A DNA stretch of 64,000 nucleotides from Vicinamibacterales bacterium (GCA_963821395.1 CAWGDY010000034.1:61963-125962); one strand, 5' to 3'; positions 9,538 through 17,993 are shown, counted from the stretch's first letter. Program-made: numbers and translations. The notes: generated from the sequence alone by a model not told the origin.

Positions 9538-10074
9538 ATGCCGTCCGCCTTCGAAACCGACGCGCTGACACATCTCGACAGCCTGTATGGCACCGCGCTC
9601 CGCCTGACGCGCAACGAGGCCGATGCCCAGGACCTCGTGCAGGACACCTACGTCAAGGCGTTCAAGTCTCGAAAGCAGTTCCGTCCCGGGACGAACCTCA
9701 AAGCCTGGCTGTTCACGATTCTCCACAACACCTACCGCAACCGGCGGCGCGACATCGGGCGCGACCCGGTTGACGTCGACAGCGATCGCGTCGATCTGGC
9801 CGCGCCCGCCGACCCGGCCGATACGCCTGAGGAAAGCCTGCTGCGCGGGGCCATGGAACCCGAGCTGCAGGCGGCCCTCGATTCGCTGCCGGAAGCGTTC
9901 CGCGAGGCGGTCTGGCTGCGCGATGTCGAGGAATTCCCCTACGCGGAGATTGCAGAAATGTTAGGGATTCCGGTAGGAACGGTCATGTCCCGGATCTCGC
10001 GCGGCCGTCGTATGCTCTATGACAAAATGGTGCCAAAACATGTTGAACCGGCGGACCGGAAAGTCTCGTCCTAA
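9538..10074 (+). CDS. ECF (sigma-70 family) RNA polymerase sigma factor
   Basis: Region 2 [30 protein letters not shown] and region 4 [26 protein letters not shown]. Confidence 0.9.
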   Translation: MPSAFETDALTHLDSLYGTALRLTRNEADAQDLVQDTYVKAFKSRKQFRPGTNLKAWLFTILHNTYRNRRRDIGRDPVDVDSDRVDLAAPADPADTPEESLLRGAMEPELQAALDSLPEAFREAVWLRDVEEFPYAEIAEMLGIPVGTVMSRISRGRRMLYDKMVPKHVEPADRKVSS

Positions 10075-10085
10075 AGGCAGCCTCA

Positions 10086-10820
10086 ATGCCTAGTTGCCGG
10101 GAAATCGATCCGCTGTTTGCCGCCTATGTCGATGGCGAGGCCTCCGCCGACGAGCGGGCGGCCGTCGATGCGCACCTGAAGGCCTGCCCGAAGTGCCGGC
10201 ATCAGACGGCTCTCCAGACCGTCGTGCGCGACACCGTGCGCGAGAAGCTGTGTCGACCGGCGGCCCCGGAAGCGTTGCGGGCGCGCTGTCGCGCCGCGGC
10301 GCACACCGGAACCCTTCCATTTGGTATCACTCGATCCACTCTTGCATCGCTCTCCATGGTCGCCGCCCTCACGTTGGTCCTGGGCGGCGTTTTGTTGTAC
10401 AGCCTCACGGGTCTTTCTCCCACGGTGCTCGCGGCGCAACTGACGCTCGATCACGTGTCGTGCTTCACCTTCGGCAGTTCGGAGACGCCCCTCGACGCCG
10501 CCGCGGGCGAAGAATCGTACGCGCGCAACTACGGGCGCGAAGTCCACTTGCCTCGCGCCGCGGTGGAGGGGCTTCAGCTCGTGGGTCTTCGCCGATGCTA
10601 TTGTGGGGAAGGGGGCGTGGCCCACGCCCTGTACCGGCTGGGCGGCAAGCCGCTCTCGCTGTACGTGATTCCCGATGTCAACCGCGAGCGCGCGTCGACG
10701 GACGTCTTCGGGCACGATGCGGTCATCTGGTCGAAGCGAAATGTCACCTACGTGCTGGTCGGCAGGGAGTCCAGGGAAGAGCTCGAGAGGCTGGCAGGGG
10801 TGATGGAGAAGTCGCTGTAA
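10086..10820 (+). CDS. membrane anti-sigma factor (zf-HC2)
   Basis: N-terminal H-x3-C-x2-C (DAHLKACPKCRH), a TM helix LASLSMVAALTLVLGGVLLY, and a position directly after the ECF sigma gene. Confidence 0.8.
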   Translation: MPSCREIDPLFAAYVDGEASADERAAVDAHLKACPKCRHQTALQTVVRDTVREKLCRPAAPEALRARCRAAAHTGTLPFGITRSTLASLSMVAALTLVLGGVLLYSLTGLSPTVLAAQLTLDHVSCFTFGSSETPLDAAAGEESYARNYGREVHLPRAAVEGLQLVGLRRCYCGEGGVAHALYRLGGKPLSLYVIPDVNRERASTDVFGHDAVIWSKRNVTYVLVGRESREELERLAGVMEKSL

Positions 10821-10826
10821 AGAACA

Positions 10827-10865
10827 TAGGGATTAGGGATTGGGGATTAGGGATTAGGGATTAGA
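10827..10865 (+). repeat. TAGGGAT 7-mer tandem array (G-quadruplex motif)
   Basis: tagggattagggattggggattagggattagggattag contains five G3-4 tracts with 3-4-nt loops. Copies are at 17975-18015 and, inverted, at 19081-19113; 26331-26363 is partial. Confidence 0.75.
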
Positions 10866-10871
10866 AGACTG

Positions 10872-11462
10872 ATGGCGACTGGCGTGCTTCGAGTCGTGGG
10901 TGTGATGGCCGCGTTGGCGTTCCTGTTGCTCGCCGTGCCGCTCGAGCACGTCGATGAGCTCAGGACGGTGGACTTGTCCACCGTAGCGCCGTTAGGCGCG
11001 AAGGTGGAGGCCGCGCAGTCGCCGGCGTGCGACGCAAATCCGAAGGCCGCCAACCTGAACTTCGTGCTCAAGGATTCCAGCGGCAAGGACTTCAATCTCG
11101 CCTCGCTCAAGGGGAAAGTGATCCTGCTCGATTTCTGGGCGACGTGGTGTCCGCCCTGCAAGGTCGAGATTCCCTGGTTCGTCGAGTTCCAGCAGAAATA
11201 TGGGCCGAAAGGCCTAATCGTCGTGGGCGTGTCGGTGGACGACCCCGCGGCGGCGCTCGCGCCGTTTGGTGAAAAGTTCAAGGTGAACTACCCGCTGCTC
11301 GTCGGCGACGGCCGAGACGATATCAAGGGGCCGCGCGGCTACAACGCGGCGTGGGGCCTGCCAAAAACGTTCGTGATCGGCCGCGATGGAAGGATCTGTA
11401 AGACACACATCGGTTTGTCCGTTAAAGAACATTTCGAGCAGCAGATCAAATCGCTCTTGTAG
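10872..11462 (+). CDS. TlpA/ResA-like periplasmic thiol:disulfide oxidoreductase
   Basis: KVILLDFWATWCPPCKVEIPW is a thioredoxin-fold CxxC motif; an N-terminal hydrophobic anchor is present. Confidence 0.85.
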   Translation: MATGVLRVVGVMAALAFLLLAVPLEHVDELRTVDLSTVAPLGAKVEAAQSPACDANPKAANLNFVLKDSSGKDFNLASLKGKVILLDFWATWCPPCKVEIPWFVEFQQKYGPKGLIVVGVSVDDPAAALAPFGEKFKVNYPLLVGDGRDDIKGPRGYNAAWGLPKTFVIGRDGRICKTHIGLSVKEHFEQQIKSLL

Positions 11463-11477
11463 TAAGCTCAGAGGCAG

Positions 11478-11702
11478 ATGGCAAAAGGCTTCACACATGC
11501 CCGCCTCGCCTGTGGCTGCCGCGTCGCGTTTCGCGATGGCCTCGATGGAAGTCCGTACACCGTCGTCGTGTCCGACAAGGCCCCGGGCTGCCAGATTCGT
11601 CTCCACGTCCGCGATCTTCCGATCTACGACTACCGGGAAGCGCTGCGTCCGTCCACGCGCATCAGCCCCGCGGAGCACGAGGATTTCGAAGAAGAGACCT
11701 GA
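11478..11702 (+). CDS. hypothetical small Cys-containing protein
   Basis: 74-aa ORF MAKGFTHARLACGCRVAF..; weak RBS and no recognisable family. Confidence 0.3.
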   Translation: MAKGFTHARLACGCRVAFRDGLDGSPYTVVVSDKAPGCQIRLHVRDLPIYDYREALRPSTRISPAEHEDFEEET

Positions 11703-11708
11703 GTCGCT

Positions 11709-11816
11709 CGAATCTGAACAGAAGATCAGAAGGTCAGAAGAAACTTGAATCTGGAAGATCAGTATCAGTCAACTTCTGATCTTTAGATCTTCAGTTTTAG
11801 TTTTTAGATCTTCAGG
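11709..11816. repeat. periodic-arm hairpin (AGATC/GATCT units) between convergent genes
   Basis: gaacagaagatcagaaggtcagaag..ctggaagatcag faces cttctgatctttagatcttcag..tagatcttcagg. Confidence 0.65.
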
Positions 11817-11817
11817 C

Positions 11818-12555
11818 CTACTCAAACCCCACGCGCAGCTCCGCAAGAAACGGCAGATGGTCCGAGGCCATCAGCGATTTGCGCGTTCGCGGAATTTCGA
11901 CGCCTGCAATGTCGACCAGCCCTTCGTAGTAGATGTGATCGAGGTGCAGCAGAGGTAAGAGACCGGGGTAGGTCCGCCGCCGGCGCAGGTGCGTCCTGAG
12001 GTCGATCGCCTCGAGCCGTCTGGTGAGCTCCACGGTGGCGAGGCCGCCGCTCCACTCGTTGAAATCGCCCAGAAGGATTTTCGGCGGATGCACGCGGCCA
12101 TCGTGCACGATGGTGGCGAGCCGGCCTGCCTGATCCTTGCGCTCGCGATAGGCGGTGCCGAGGTGCACGTTGAAGAGGTGCAGCGTCCGGTCGTCGATGA
12201 GGATATCGGCGCGCTGGCAGCAGCGCGGCTCGCAGGTGCGCCACGACAGGTCGTACTGCACGTGCTGCCGGATGGGATAGTGCGAGAGGATCATGTTGCC
12301 GAATTGATGGCCGCGCAGGTGGCGCACCGAGGCCATCACCCAGCCCATCCCCAGCGCCGCGCCGATTTCCTCGGCGTGTCCCGAGTCGTTCGGGCCCGCA
12401 CCGATCACTTCCTGCAGCGCGATGACGTCGGCGTTCAGGCTGGCCAGCACCTGGATGGTGCGGTCGGGCACGGTCCGCCCGTCCATGCCGCGGCACCGAT
12501 GGATGTTGTAGGTGACGATTCTGAGAGTCTTATGATGGACCGGCGCGCGCATCAA
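11818..12555 (-). CDS. endonuclease/exonuclease/phosphatase (EEP) family protein
   Basis: LRIVTYNIHRCRG..LNADVIALQEV and the C-terminal SDHLP motif. Confidence 0.85.
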   Translation of the reverse strand: MMRAPVHHKTLRIVTYNIHRCRGMDGRTVPDRTIQVLASLNADVIALQEVIGAGPNDSGHAEEIGAALGMGWVMASVRHLRGHQFGNMILSHYPIRQHVQYDLSWRTCEPRCCQRADILIDDRTLHLFNVHLGTAYRERKDQAGRLATIVHDGRVHPPKILLGDFNEWSGGLATVELTRRLEAIDLRTHLRRRRTYPGLLPLLHLDHIYYEGLVDIAGVEIPRTRKSLMASDHLPFLAELRVGFE

Positions 12556-12827
12556 TCCAGGTCGAAGTCGCGCGTGGGCTTCGTAATCGGTTCTTCCTTG
12601 GCCTGTTTCAGCGCTTCCTCGAATCGTCTGGAGAGCGCATCACCCTTCGTGCGCTCGGTGTTGAACGATTGTTCGAACGCCGCTTCGCGGCGCGCCTTCT
12701 CGTCGGCGAGGATCCGTTGCGCGTCCGAGAGCTCGATGTTGAGCCCGGATGCCGGTTCCTTGTGGGCAACGACGCGTCCGAGATTCAGATCGATGACGAG
12801 CGTGGCGCCGCAGCAGGGACAGAGCAT
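12552..12827 (-). CDS. small zinc-ribbon protein (CPCC..), unknown function
   Basis: MLCPCCGATLVIDLNLGRVVAHKEP.. followed by a charged helical tail. Its stop overlaps the EEP start by 4 nt. The longer ORF N-terminus (to 12929) is repeat-derived. Confidence 0.5.
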   Translation of the reverse strand: MLCPCCGATLVIDLNLGRVVAHKEPASGLNIELSDAQRILADEKARREAAFEQSFNTERTKGDALSRRFEEALKQAKEEPITKPTRDFDLD

Positions 12828-12887
12828 CTCGCGCTCGGATTGAAGTCGAGCCGTATCTTTCGCAGCCACGGGACCATCATACTCTGG

Positions 12888-12948
12888 CCCGCCTTCGCGC
12901 GCATCCGCCTTCGCGCCGTCTGCGCACATCGCTACGGCGAGACAGGCC
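12888..12948. repeat. dispersed repeat family B (reverse orientation)
   Basis: The reverse complement ggcctgtctcgccgtagcgatgtgcgcagacggcgcgaaggcgga matches copies at 39287-39405. Confidence 0.65.
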
Positions 12949-12961
12949 TGAGCAAAGGCAC

Positions 12962-13687
12962 CTAACGCGCCAGGAAGTGTTTAGGTATCGGCGTCCACGC
13001 GTGGCGACCTTCATAGAAGAGCGGCTTCCGATTGGGATGTCGCTCCTTGAATTCGCGATATCGCCGCCGGAACTCGCGGAATCGTGCGTCCGGCATCCCG
13101 AGCGGCTGGTGCCTGGTGTCGAGCAGCATCCGCTCCACTTTCCACACGTTCCTTCCGGACAGGCGCCAGTCGTAGGCACCCATCACGCGAAGATCGACCA
13201 GCGCGAAGGCCGTGATGCGTCCGGTGAGGTCGACGTACTCGTCGAGGTAGCTGGCGGCCAGCGCCCGCGGCGTCGCGAAGACCGGCTTGCGTCCGTGCAG
13301 CCCCGGGTCGCGCGACCGCGCGACGGAGCCCCAGCAAACATCGTCGATCATCGATCGGCGATCGTCCATCGTCTGGGGCGCCGACGATGGACGATGGACG
13401 ATGGACGATGGACGATGTTGGTACACGAAAATCACGTGGTCGAGCTCGTCGATCGATTCGAAGCTGATGACGAGCGGCGGATACCCGTGCTGCTCGAGCA
13501 CCGTTGCCGCAAACAGCGCCGCCTCGAGGCAATGCGCCGTCCGATGACGGACGACGCCGCGGAAGCTGCGCAGCGTCGCGCGACCGGGTGGCGGCTCCGT
13601 GTTGTAGGGGAGCGCGTTGAGGTAGCGCTGGACGGCCAGCGGCGTCCGCAGCCTGGCGACGAGCCGACGCTCGGCGCGTGATGTCAG
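12962..13687 (-). CDS. conserved hypothetical, possible papain/transglutaminase-like thiol enzyme (AHCLEAA motif), carrying an in-frame palindromic insertion
   Basis: The frame stays open from the SCO1 stop: (L)TSRAERRLVARLRTPLAVQRYLNALPYNTE..RTAHCLEAALFAATVLEQHGYPPLV.. No ATG/GTG/TTG occurs before 13501; CTG at 13687 is the best start candidate. Family assignment is tentative. Confidence 0.45.
   Translation of the reverse strand: MTSRAERRLVARLRTPLAVQRYLNALPYNTEPPPGRATLRSFRGVVRHRTAHCLEAALFAATVLEQHGYPPLVISFESIDELDHVIFVYQHRPSSIVHRPSSAPQTMDDRRSMIDDVCWGSVARSRDPGLHGRKPVFATPRALAASYLDEYVDLTGRITAFALVDLRVMGAYDWRLSGRNVWKVERMLLDTRHQPLGMPDARFREFRRRYREFKERHPNRKPLFYEGRHAWTPIPKHFLAR
13337..13420. repeat. 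intragenic imperfect palindrome (GATGGAC tandem arm), 84 nt, in frame
   Basis: acatcgtcgatcatcgatcggcgatcgtccatcgtc / tggggcgcc / gacgatggacgatggacgatggacgatggacgatgt. It encodes ..QHRPSSIVHRPSSAPQTMDDRRSMIDDV.. inside the ORF. Confidence 0.7.
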
Positions 13688-13717
13688 CGCGCCTCGGCCC
13701 TTCGACGCTGAAGGGCG

Positions 13718-14566
13718 TCAGAGCAGGCGTTCCAGTTCGGTGACGAGATCCGTGGCTGTCCAATCGGCTCCAGCGTAGCTCTTGACGATTCTGCCGTCGC
13801 GACCCACCACGGTCGTCCGCAATGTGTGGCCGATCTCTTCCGGGTTCGCCGCCTGGCCTCTCACGAGCGTGACGAGCATGTTCGTGGCAAACCGATCGAT
13901 CGCCTCGCGCTCGCCGGTGACGAAATTCCACACTCGTGGATCGGATCGGAGTTTCTGCGCATGCGCCTTCAACACCGCGGGCGTGTCGTTCTTCGGGTCG
14001 AAGCTCACCGACAGCAGCGCGGCTTTGCCCGTGAGACCTTTCTCCTTGATGAGCGCCTGCGCTTCGGCGAACTGGCGATCCATCGCGGGGCAGAAGGTCG
14101 GAATCGGACACTTCGTGTAGATAAAGGTGATCGCGATGGGCCGGCTGGCGCGAATGGTATTGAAGTCGCGCTCGCGTCCCTCCTCGTCGACGAAGACCTG
14201 GTTGGGCACTTCGTCGCCGGGCATCAGGTATTTCGCGCCCGGCGCCGTTGGTGCCGGTGGCGGCACATCCGGTTTCGCGGTGCCCGTCTTCGTGATTTTC
14301 GTGACGACGGCCTGACTGCCGTCGACTTCGATTTCGCTCGTGATCAGGTCGCCGGCCTCGAGGGTGTCGAGCATGTTCGCCGTCCGCACTTTCCACGGCA
14401 TCGTCATCGCCGGCATGAGGCCCTTGATGTCCTCGTGTTTGACGAGAATCTCCATCTTGTCGCGGTTCACGCCGAGAATCTGGCCGCGCATTTCGTACGT
14501 CTTGGCGCTCGTGCACGCGGCCGCCAGGACGAGCAGCGCGGCGGCGCGAAAACCCCGGGATTTCAT
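13718..14566 (-). CDS. lipoprotein fusing a CusF-like Cu(I)-binding domain to a SCO1/SenC copper chaperone
   Basis: Lipobox LAAAC; HEDIKGLMPAMTMPWKV (CusF-type Met motif); thioredoxin-like FIYTKCPIPTFCP plus a later conserved His (GHTLRT). Confidence 0.8.
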   Translation of the reverse strand: MKSRGFRAAALLVLAAACTSAKTYEMRGQILGVNRDKMEILVKHEDIKGLMPAMTMPWKVRTANMLDTLEAGDLITSEIEVDGSQAVVTKITKTGTAKPDVPPPAPTAPGAKYLMPGDEVPNQVFVDEEGRERDFNTIRASRPIAITFIYTKCPIPTFCPAMDRQFAEAQALIKEKGLTGKAALLSVSFDPKNDTPAVLKAHAQKLRSDPRVWNFVTGEREAIDRFATNMLVTLVRGQAANPEEIGHTLRTTVVGRDGRIVKSYAGADWTATDLVTELERLL

Positions 14567-14594
14567 ACGTTAATGCTATGCTTTCCCGGAAGAC

Positions 14595-16176
14595 ATGAGC
14601 AAAGGGAAAACTCGTCGTATCGAGATCATGGATACGACGCTTCGCGATGGCGAGCAGGCCGAAGGCATCTCGATGATGCCCGAAGAGAAGCGCACCATCG
14701 CGCAGCGGCTGCTCGAGTCGGTCAAGGTCGATCGCATCGAGGTGGCCTCGGCGCGCGTCAGCGAAGGCGAACGGCGTGCGGTGAAGGCGATTATCGATTA
14801 CGCCGAGTCGAAGGGTCTCGCGAGCCGCGTCGAGATTCTCGGATTCGTCGATGGCAACCGATCGGTCGACTGGGCGAAATCGGTGGGCGCCCGCGTGATC
14901 AATCTTCTGACGAAGGGCTCGCTGCATCACTGCCGCGAGCAGTTGAAGAAGACGCACGAGCAGCATCTCGACGACATCCGCAGGACGATCGAGTACGGCG
15001 CGAAGAACGGCATCACGTTCAACGTCTATCTCGAGGACTGGTCGGGCGGCATGCTGCACTCTCCCGACTACGTGGTCGAGCACATCGACGCGCTCACCCA
15101 CATGCCCGTGCGCCGCATCATGCTGCCCGATACGCTCGGGCTGCTGCGCCCGGCGCAGGTGCGCGATTTCGTGAGCCAGATCATCCGCCGGTTTCCCGGG
15201 CCCCATTTCGACTTCCACGGCCACAACGACTACGGGCTGGGCACCGCCAACACGCTCGAGGCGGCCACTCGCGGGCGCCCACGGCGTGCACGTCACCGTC
15301 AACGGGATGGGCGAGCGCGCCGGCAACGTGACGCTCGACGAGGTTGTCGTCGCGCTGCGCGATCATGCGGGCATCAGAACGGCGGTCGACGAGCGATCGT
15401 TGTCCGAAGTCAGCAAGCTCGTCGAAGTGTTCTCGGGCCGCCGCGTGCCGGCGAACAAGCCCATCGTCGGGGAGAACGTGTTCACGCAGACCGCGGGGAT
15501 TCACGCCGACGGCGACATGAAGGGCAATCTCTACGAGAGCCGGCTCACGCCCGCGCGCTTTGGCCAGCACCGCACCTACGCGATGGGCAAGCTGATGGGG
15601 AAGGCGAGCCTCGACTTCAACCTCGAGCGGCTGAACATCGCGCTGTCGGCCGAGCAGAAGCAGCAGCTTCTGGCGCGCATCGTCGAGCTGGGGGATCAGA
15701 AGAAGAGCGTCACGCAGGCCGATCTGCCGTTCCTGATTTCAGAAGTGCTGCAGACCCGCGAGCTGCGCGTCTTCGAGGTGAAGGACTACTCGGTTGTCAC
15801 GAATCGCGGACTGCGGCCGACCGCGACGCTGCTCGTGCGCTACCGCGACCGCGAGCTGCACGCGACCGGATTCGGCGACGGCGGCTACGACGCCTTCATG
15901 CAGGCCCTGAAAAGCATCGAGAAGCAGCTGGGCTTCGAGCTGCCGAAGCTGCTCGATTATGAGGTTAGAATCCCACCGGGCGGCAAGACCGACGCCCTGG
16001 TGGAGACCACCATCAAGTGGGAAGGGGGCATGAAGACCCGCGGCGTGCACAGCGATCAGCTCGCGGCGGCGATTCAGGCCACGGAACACGCCATTAACAT
16101 GATCGCGCTGCGGAGCGCGCCACCTGCGAAAGGCACGGGTCACGGGCCAAGGGGCGAGGGGCGCTCAGAGGGATGC
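14595..16176 (+). CDS. cimA: (R)-citramalate synthase, Leptospira CimA type (one +1 frameshift; no stop of its own)
   Basis: IMDTTLRDGEQ, VDRIEVASARVSEGE, ILGFVDGN, NLLTKGSLHH, HFDFHGHNDY, then the next frame gives VNGMGERAGN, LVEVFSGRRVPANKPIVGENVFTQTAGIHADGD, YEVRIPPGGKTDALVET. An extra G lies near 15272 (cgcgggcgcc). Confidence 0.8.
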
Positions 16177-16596
16177 ATGGCACAGCTCAGCACAAAAAAA
16201 TCGCTGAATCTCGACGCGGCTAAGGCCATCGGCAATGCGGCCGAGGCCAAAGCCCGCGAGCTGAACTTTACCAACTGCGTCGCCATCGTCGACGATGGCG
16301 GCAACCTGATTTATCTCGTGACGATGGACGGGACCCAGGTGGGCAGCATCCACGTCGCGCAGGAGAAGGCGCTGGCGGCCCTCCGCTTCAAGCGCTCGAC
16401 CAAGCTGTTCCAGGACATGGTGACCGGCGACAAGCCGCACATGGCATTTCTGCCGGGCGCCGTGCCCGTGGAGGGCGGGCTGCCGCTGTTCGTCGACGGG
16501 CAGATCTACGGTGCGATTGGTGTCAGCGGAATGCCGTCAGACAAAGACGGTATCGTCGCCCAGGCGGGCGCCGACTTCGCCGCGACGCTGAAGTAA
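16177..16596 (+). CDS. GlcG/HbpS-like (DUF336) heme-binding family protein
   Basis: MAQLSTKKSLNLDAAKAIGNAAEAKARELN..VAIVDDGGNLIYL..GGLPLFVDGQIYGAIGVSG; in frame with cimA with no intervening stop. Confidence 0.75.
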   Translation: MAQLSTKKSLNLDAAKAIGNAAEAKARELNFTNCVAIVDDGGNLIYLVTMDGTQVGSIHVAQEKALAALRFKRSTKLFQDMVTGDKPHMAFLPGAVPVEGGLPLFVDGQIYGAIGVSGMPSDKDGIVAQAGADFAATLK

Positions 16597-16630
16597 GGGC
16601 GCCGGCGACCCGGCCCTGCTTGATTTAAGG

Positions 16631-16660
16631 TTGACAGCCCCTTCGGAACCGGTCTATTTT
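16631..16660 (+). promoter_or_regulatory. candidate sigma-70-type promoter for the RRM gene
   Basis: TTGACA (16631-36), 18-nt spacer, TATTTT (16655-60); this predicts a ~130-nt 5' UTR. Confidence 0.35.
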
Positions 16661-16791
16661 CACGCCTTCCAGATAGATGCAGTTCCAACCATCTTACCAA
16701 CCGGTAGTGTCCGGTTTGCGCTTCCATCGGGCTTCGGCGAGACCCGCCGCAGTGGTGAAGCAAGCCCGCCGGACCGAGGAGCGGACAGACC

Positions 16792-17163
16792 ATGGGTCGC
16801 AGGCTGTATGTCGGCAATCTCCCCTACAAAGCCACCGATGAAGATTTAATGTCGCTGTTCAGCACGGTCGGCGACGTGGCAAGCGCCCGCGTCATGCGGG
16901 ACATGGCCACCGGCCGGGCGCGCGGATTCGGCTTCGTCGAAATGACGACGGACGAAGCGGCACAGAAAGCGATTGAGAAGCTACATCAGCACCAGATGGA
17001 CGGGCGCGCCATCGTGGTCAACGAGGCGCAGCCAAAACCGGCGGGCGGCGGACGGCCGTTCGGCGGCAGTGGCGGCGGCTACAATCGTGGCGGCGGCGGC
17101 GGCGGCCGCGGCGGCGACGATTACGGCGGCTCCGGCGGCGGGCGTCGGGAACCTCGCTGGTAA
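16792..17163 (+). CDS. RRM-type RNA-binding protein with Gly/Arg-rich tail
   Basis: RNP2 LYVGNL, RNP1 RGFGFVEM, tail GGGYNRGGGGGGRGG..GGGRREPRW. Confidence 0.85.
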   Translation: MGRRLYVGNLPYKATDEDLMSLFSTVGDVASARVMRDMATGRARGFGFVEMTTDEAAQKAIEKLHQHQMDGRAIVVNEAQPKPAGGGRPFGGSGGGYNRGGGGGGRGGDDYGGSGGGRREPRW

Positions 17164-17173
17164 AGACATCAGG

Positions 17174-17285
17174 GCATCATTGGCAGATTGGCAGAGTGGC
17201 AGATTGGTAGAGTCGCTCACTCACGCCTCGGACATATCCGCTGAGTCCTGCGAGCTCTTAGCCAATCTGCCAATTCCGATGATCC
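17174..17285. repeat. periodic-arm hairpin (GGCAGATT units)
   Basis: catcattggcagattggcagagtggcagattggtagag faces cttagccaatctgccaattccgatgatc. The right arm contains the DUF72 start codon. Confidence 0.6.
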
Positions 17286-17993
17286 TGCGTCGGCACTTCC
17301 GGCTACAACTATCCTGAATGGAAGGGGAGCTTTTACCCGGCCGATCTTGCGGCCGCGAAGATGCTCCCTTACTACGCGGCGCGGTTTCCCACCGTCGAGA
17401 TCAACTACACGTTCTACCGGATGCCCACGGAGAAGCTGCTCGCGGGGTGGACCAGGCAGGTACCGCCCGCGTTCAGATTCACGCTGAAGGCTCCCCGGCG
17501 GATTACGCACGACGCGAAGCTGGTCAACTGCGAGAAGCTGACTGCCGAGTTCTGCCACGTCGCCGGCACGCTCGGCGATCAACTCGCCGCGCTCCTGTTC
17601 CAGCTGCCGCCGTCACTGAAGAAAGATCTCGCACGGCTCGACGCGTTCATCGACACCCTGCCGCCGAAAGCGCCGGCGGCCTTCGAGTTTCGCCATCCGT
17701 CGTGGTTCGACGAAGAGGTGTTCGGCCGCCTGCGAGACCGGGGCCGGGCGCTGTGCGTGGCCGACAGCGAGAAGCTGGAAACGCCGCTCGAGGTGACCGC
17801 CGACTTCGGCTATTTCCGCCTTCGCGATGAAGGCTACCAGGCGGATGACATCAAGGAGTGGGCACGGAGGATTGGCGCGCTCGGCGATCGCTGCAGGGAA
17901 ATCTACGTGTACTTCAAGCACGAAGAGCAGGGCCTCGGGCCGGAGTTCGCCCGACAGCTGATGAAACATCTGGGACTGGGGAGTGGGGATTAG
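17278..17993 (+). CDS. DUF72 (YecE-like) family protein, +1 frameshift at codon 3-4
   Basis: ATG ATC C[T]G CGT.. Removing one nt gives MIRVGTSGYNYPEWKGSFYPADLAAAKMLPYYAARFPTVEINYTFYR, the canonical DUF72 N-terminus. The stop TAG lies inside the TAGGGAT array. Confidence 0.8.

Noticed and set aside
10827-10865. Short tandem arrays considered as CRISPR.
   Set aside because: Units are 6-9 nt with no unique spacers of 25-40 nt, no 24-40-nt direct repeats, and no cas genes in the window.
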